Shown here in pieces: positions 60,931 to 64,000 of a DNA stretch of 64,000 nucleotides. The stretch lies in assembly GCA_964484225.1 (NCBI GenBank), contig CAZAEM010000006.1:9579-73578 (forward strand). Direction: 5' to 3'. Under the pieces are notes generated by a model. It was not told the DNA's origin. It worked only from the letters and a program-made list of their open reading frames with translations, and did not search any database. Position 1 is the stretch's first letter. Each line of letters starts with the position of its first letter. This stretch comes from an uncultured Eubacterium sp. (GTDB lineage: Bacteria > Bacillota > Clostridia > Lachnospirales > Lachnospiraceae). The position numbers were made by a program, and so were the translations under genes.

Positions 60931-62772
60931 TCAGACAGCTGTCTCGTTGATCAGTTTGTCAAGCACTTCATTTAACACAGACAATACCTTGTACTGGTTA
61001 AAAAGCATATTCTGGAAAATAATCATATCTGCGCCCTCCTCATCCTCGTCCACGCCGGAGACGGACTGGCGGTTGGTATCAATGGCATACAAAAGGTCGC
61101 TCTGGGATTCTGCCATGGTGCTGGCTTTTCTGGCTGTCACACCGATGGTAGAATTCATGGCCTGCAGGAAAGAGTCCGGAGTGCCGTGGACAAACATGGT
61201 CTGGTCATCTTTCAGTCTGGACAGCTTTTCGATGTTGATGGCATCATCTGCGCCGTTCAGCGGGTCAGACTTGGCAGCGATCAGGCTGGGATCCGCATCC
61301 ATGGCCTTGCTGACAGAGAAGTTCAGTGCTGTCATATAGTAATATGTACCCTCGTACACCCCATCCGCATTGGGCTGGGGCAGGGAATTAAAACCCGCTT
61401 CCTCCTCAGACAAAATATAGTTATCCCCCGTAGTGGGCACAGTGGCATTGAAGAAATCCAGCCCCAGGTCCCCGTTTAAGTCATACCCGCTGTTTTGCAC
61501 CTCGTTGAACCGGGAGGCGTAGGTCCGGACAAATTCATTCAGCTGCGCCATGTAGTAGGGAATCCCTTTGTAGTCCACGCCTGACCCCACAGAAATCTCC
61601 GTGCCCTTCTCCATAGCAATATTAAAGCAATCCACATCAGACACATCGCTGATGTCCTTCATCTGGAATGTATAGGTAAATTTCCCATCCTCATCCACCT
61701 CCACCGAAAAGCTATCATAGCAGAACGTTAACCCGTTCACCACGATCTCTCCGTCGTAGGAGGGGATGTTCAGGGTCAGAGCACTGTCACAGTTGGTATT
61801 TGCGATGGTCAGCTTATTCCCCTCCAGGCTTGTGATCTGCCCCTGCAGTACCGTGCCGTTATTGCCGTCCCGGATCTCAAACAGGGACTGGAGTTTCCCG
61901 CCCAAGTCCCCTGCGTGAACGTTGAAGCTGTCCCCGTTGGACCAGGAAACGTCGTAGCATCCTGTGATGTCGTTTATGTTGGAATATGTGTCCTTCTGCG
62001 TCAACACCAGCTTGTTGATATTGTATGTGTCCACCAGCGTTCCGCCGTTGATATACACATAATACTGTGTGTCGCCAACGCCGTCCGCCGGCGCAATCTC
62101 CCTGGTCTCCACCTCACAGATCTGGGAGAGCTCATCAATCAGAAGATTCCTCTGATCCCGCAGGTCATTGGCCTCGGATCCATAGGCCTCAATGGTGTTG
62201 ATCTGCCTGGTCAGGGAGGCAATCTTCTCCGCATAGGCATTGACCTGCTCCACGCAGGTTTTGATCTCTGTGTTGGCCTCGTCCTGAAGGGTCTTCAGGT
62301 TGTCTGCCGCCTCCTGTATGGCGGCCGTGAAGGTCTGCGCTGTGGTTACAGCCGACCGGCGTATAGTGGCATTATCCGCATCCCCCACCATGCTGCTCAG
62401 AACGTTGGTAAACTCATCAAATATGGTGGTGAGCCTGGCATCATCATCGGTGGTCACGCCGTAGGCGATGGCATTTTCTATGCTCTGCATGTAATAGTCC
62501 TCTGTGTTATACTTGTAATACACAGAGGTGGCGTGCTGGTACTTTGTGTCATAGTACTCACTGCGCTGTCTGGATACACTGGTCACCGCCACGCCGGCAC
62601 CCAGCACCCGGTAGCCGCTGGGATTGCACGTCAGAGAGGTAGTATTCACCACCTGCCTGGAATACCCCTTGGTCTGGATATTCGCCACGTTGTGGGCCGT
62701 CGTCTGCAGCGCCGCATTGTACACCATCATACCGGACTTTGCTATCTCCAATGTTCCAAAAGTCGATGCCAT
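60931..62772 (-). CDS. flgK: Flagellar hook-associated protein 1 (FlgK)
   Basis: The N-terminus is MASTFGTLEIAKSGMMVYNAALQTTAHNVANIQTKGYSRQ. The C-terminus is a FlgK-type helix, EGADMIIFQNM...LNEVLDKLINE. Confidence 0.9.
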   Translation of the reverse strand: MASTFGTLEIAKSGMMVYNAALQTTAHNVANIQTKGYSRQVVNTTSLTCNPSGYRVLGAGVAVTSVSRQRSEYYDTKYQHATSVYYKYNTEDYYMQSIENAIAYGVTTDDDARLTTIFDEFTNVLSSMVGDADNATIRRSAVTTAQTFTAAIQEAADNLKTLQDEANTEIKTCVEQVNAYAEKIASLTRQINTIEAYGSEANDLRDQRNLLIDELSQICEVETREIAPADGVGDTQYYVYINGGTLVDTYNINKLVLTQKDTYSNINDITGCYDVSWSNGDSFNVHAGDLGGKLQSLFEIRDGNNGTVLQGQITSLEGNKLTIANTNCDSALTLNIPSYDGEIVVNGLTFCYDSFSVEVDEDGKFTYTFQMKDISDVSDVDCFNIAMEKGTEISVGSGVDYKGIPYYMAQLNEFVRTYASRFNEVQNSGYDLNGDLGLDFFNATVPTTGDNYILSEEEAGFNSLPQPNADGVYEGTYYYMTALNFSVSKAMDADPSLIAAKSDPLNGADDAINIEKLSRLKDDQTMFVHGTPDSFLQAMNSTIGVTARKASTMAESQSDLLYAIDTNRQSVSGVDEDEEGADMIIFQNMLFNQYKVLSVLNEVLDKLINETAV

Positions 62773-62830
62773 ATCGCCTGCCTCCTATCTGTCAAAAACA
62801 AAAGCAAGGGTCGCAATATCCACAGAGGTA

Positions 62831-64000
62831 TTACGCCAGTTTCTCTATCAAATGTTCTATCATTTCATCTATCACTGTGATGTAGCGGGAGGATGCATTA
62901 TAGCATTGCTGGAACTTGATCAGATCTGACAGCTCCTCCTCCGTGGACACTCCCATGACATTTTGTCTTTCCTCGTCCACCGTGGTCACAGTAATCTCCT
63001 GGTTATCCACGATCCCCTTCCACACATTCCCCTTCAGGCTCAACTCCGTGACAATGCCTGTATAATACTCCATGACAGTGTACTGTGTACTGGAGTTGGG
63101 GTCCAGTGCCCCGATCCTCTCATCAAAGGATTCTGCGATAGAGAGGAGATCCTGATGGGCATAGCCGTTCCTCGCATCGCTGTCCATATGGTATTTCACC
63201 GGGAGCGTGGAGGTGTCTTTCAGCACGGTCGGGTTGACCACCAGCTGATTGATGGTGTACATGCTGTACACATCATTTGGATCTTCCTCATTGTAGCGGA
63301 GCACCTTCGTGCCATCATCCAGAGTGACCTCTGTGTATCTCTCCTGGTACCTGCGTGAGAATAACTCTGTCCCCACGGCACTGGTGGCGTCATCGCCGAT
63401 CAGAGCTGACTCCTCATCCAGAATCTTTATGGTCTGAAGCTCTCCGCCGATGGACACCGTCACCTCTTTGTTAGGGCAGAGCACATCATTCACGGAGGTG
63501 ACCACCTCGTGCACCAGGGAATCCAGCTGCGTCTGCAGAGTCATCACGATGGATGCCCCGGTGTACTTGTTATATTCCTCCAAGTCCTCCTGGAACTGGT
63601 TAAGGGCTGCCTTATACTCTGTGTCGTTTTCATAATCTTCCTCCGAGGGCCTCACCGGCATATCTATGTAGGTGGCGGCGCTGTCCCCCCGGGCCACCAT
63701 AAGACCCCACAGAGAACCGACATCCGTATTGCTGCTGCTGGAGTACTGCAATCCATCCCGGTGAAAGTAGTCATCCCCGTTCGACCAGACCACCTTCAGC
63801 AGCTGAGATGCTTCCTCTGTATACACCGTAGAGAGAAAATACTGGTTGTCTTCGTCCAGGAGAAAGCCCCCCTCGCTGTAGATGGATATGGTGCCGTCTA
63901 CTTCCTCGTTGGCATCAAAACTGATATATTCGCTCAGCTGATCCAGGTAGTCGTTCCTCTTATCCCGGTAGTCATTGGCACTCTCGCCTGTGGCCTCATA
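62831..64000 (-). CDS. Second FlgK-like hook-associated protein. The 5' end lies beyond the right window edge.
   Basis: The reading frame stays open to nt 64000 (my translation reads YEATGESANDYRDKRNDYLDQLSEYISFD...). The C-terminus EEELSDLIKFQQCYNASSRYITVIDEMIEHLIEKL is FlgK-type. Confidence 0.8.
   Translation of the reverse strand, partial: YEATGESANDYRDKRNDYLDQLSEYISFDANEEVDGTISIYSEGGFLLDEDNQYFLSTVYTEEASQLLKVVWSNGDDYFHRDGLQYSSSSNTDVGSLWGLMVARGDSAATYIDMPVRPSEEDYENDTEYKAALNQFQEDLEEYNKYTGASIVMTLQTQLDSLVHEVVTSVNDVLCPNKEVTVSIGGELQTIKILDEESALIGDDATSAVGTELFSRRYQERYTEVTLDDGTKVLRYNEEDPNDVYSMYTINQLVVNPTVLKDTSTLPVKYHMDSDARNGYAHQDLLSIAESFDERIGALDPNSSTQYTVMEYYTGIVTELSLKGNVWKGIVDNQEITVTTVDEERQNVMGVSTEEELSDLIKFQQCYNASSRYITVIDEMIEHLIEKLA

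Overview
This is a 64-kb chromosomal window from a moderately high-GC, flagellated Firmicute. The gene content looks Clostridia-like, but the taxon is inference only. The window is almost entirely coding, mostly on the minus strand, with many 1-11 nt start/stop overlaps that indicate long operons.

Left end (1-5.5 kb): tail of a capsule/EPS locus with a CpsB-type PHP phosphatase, an LCP protein, Wzz/CpsC, a BY-kinase, an embedded secreted LRR protein, and a WbaP-type priming transferase that runs off the window edge.

Middle (5.6-29.8 kb): mostly housekeeping or loosely linked genes.
- XRE regulator plus a DUF4317-like protein
- flavodiiron protein, MetY, and an Rrf2 regulator
- ammonium transporter fused to a PII domain
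- sortase B, a GNAT acetyltransferase, and a large GH2 beta-galactosidase
- NADP-IDH and two COG0523-type GTPases
- aspartate kinase, SbcCD, and FabV/Ter
- a hemolysin-III / ImmA-like / XRE triplet

Right half (30.0-64.0 kb): a flagellin glycosylation island of about 25 kb, joined to the late flagellar cluster.
- Island: a legionaminic-acid-type nonulosonate pathway (LegB/C/H/G/I/F plus PtmE-like), three Maf/DUF115 paralogues, and three CgeB/DUF3880-like transferases.
- Island extras: a LicC-like cytidylyltransferase, a PLP enzyme, LicD, a soluble alkaline-phosphatase-fold protein, a GT41-like protein, one clear pseudogene, and one possible gene remnant.
- Flagellar cluster: flgK'(partial)-flgK-flgL-fliW-csrA-flaG-fliD-fliS-flgN-like-GT-fliC.

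I recognised no rRNA, tRNA, CRISPR array, transposase or integrase.

The best candidate for something undescribed is the cytidylyltransferase / PLP-enzyme / LicD / AP-superfamily module inside the nonulosonate flagellin-glycosylation operon. I predict it adds a phospho- or phosphono-linked amine substituent to the flagellar glycan.

All functional calls rest on motif recognition by eye in the supplied translations. No database search was run.
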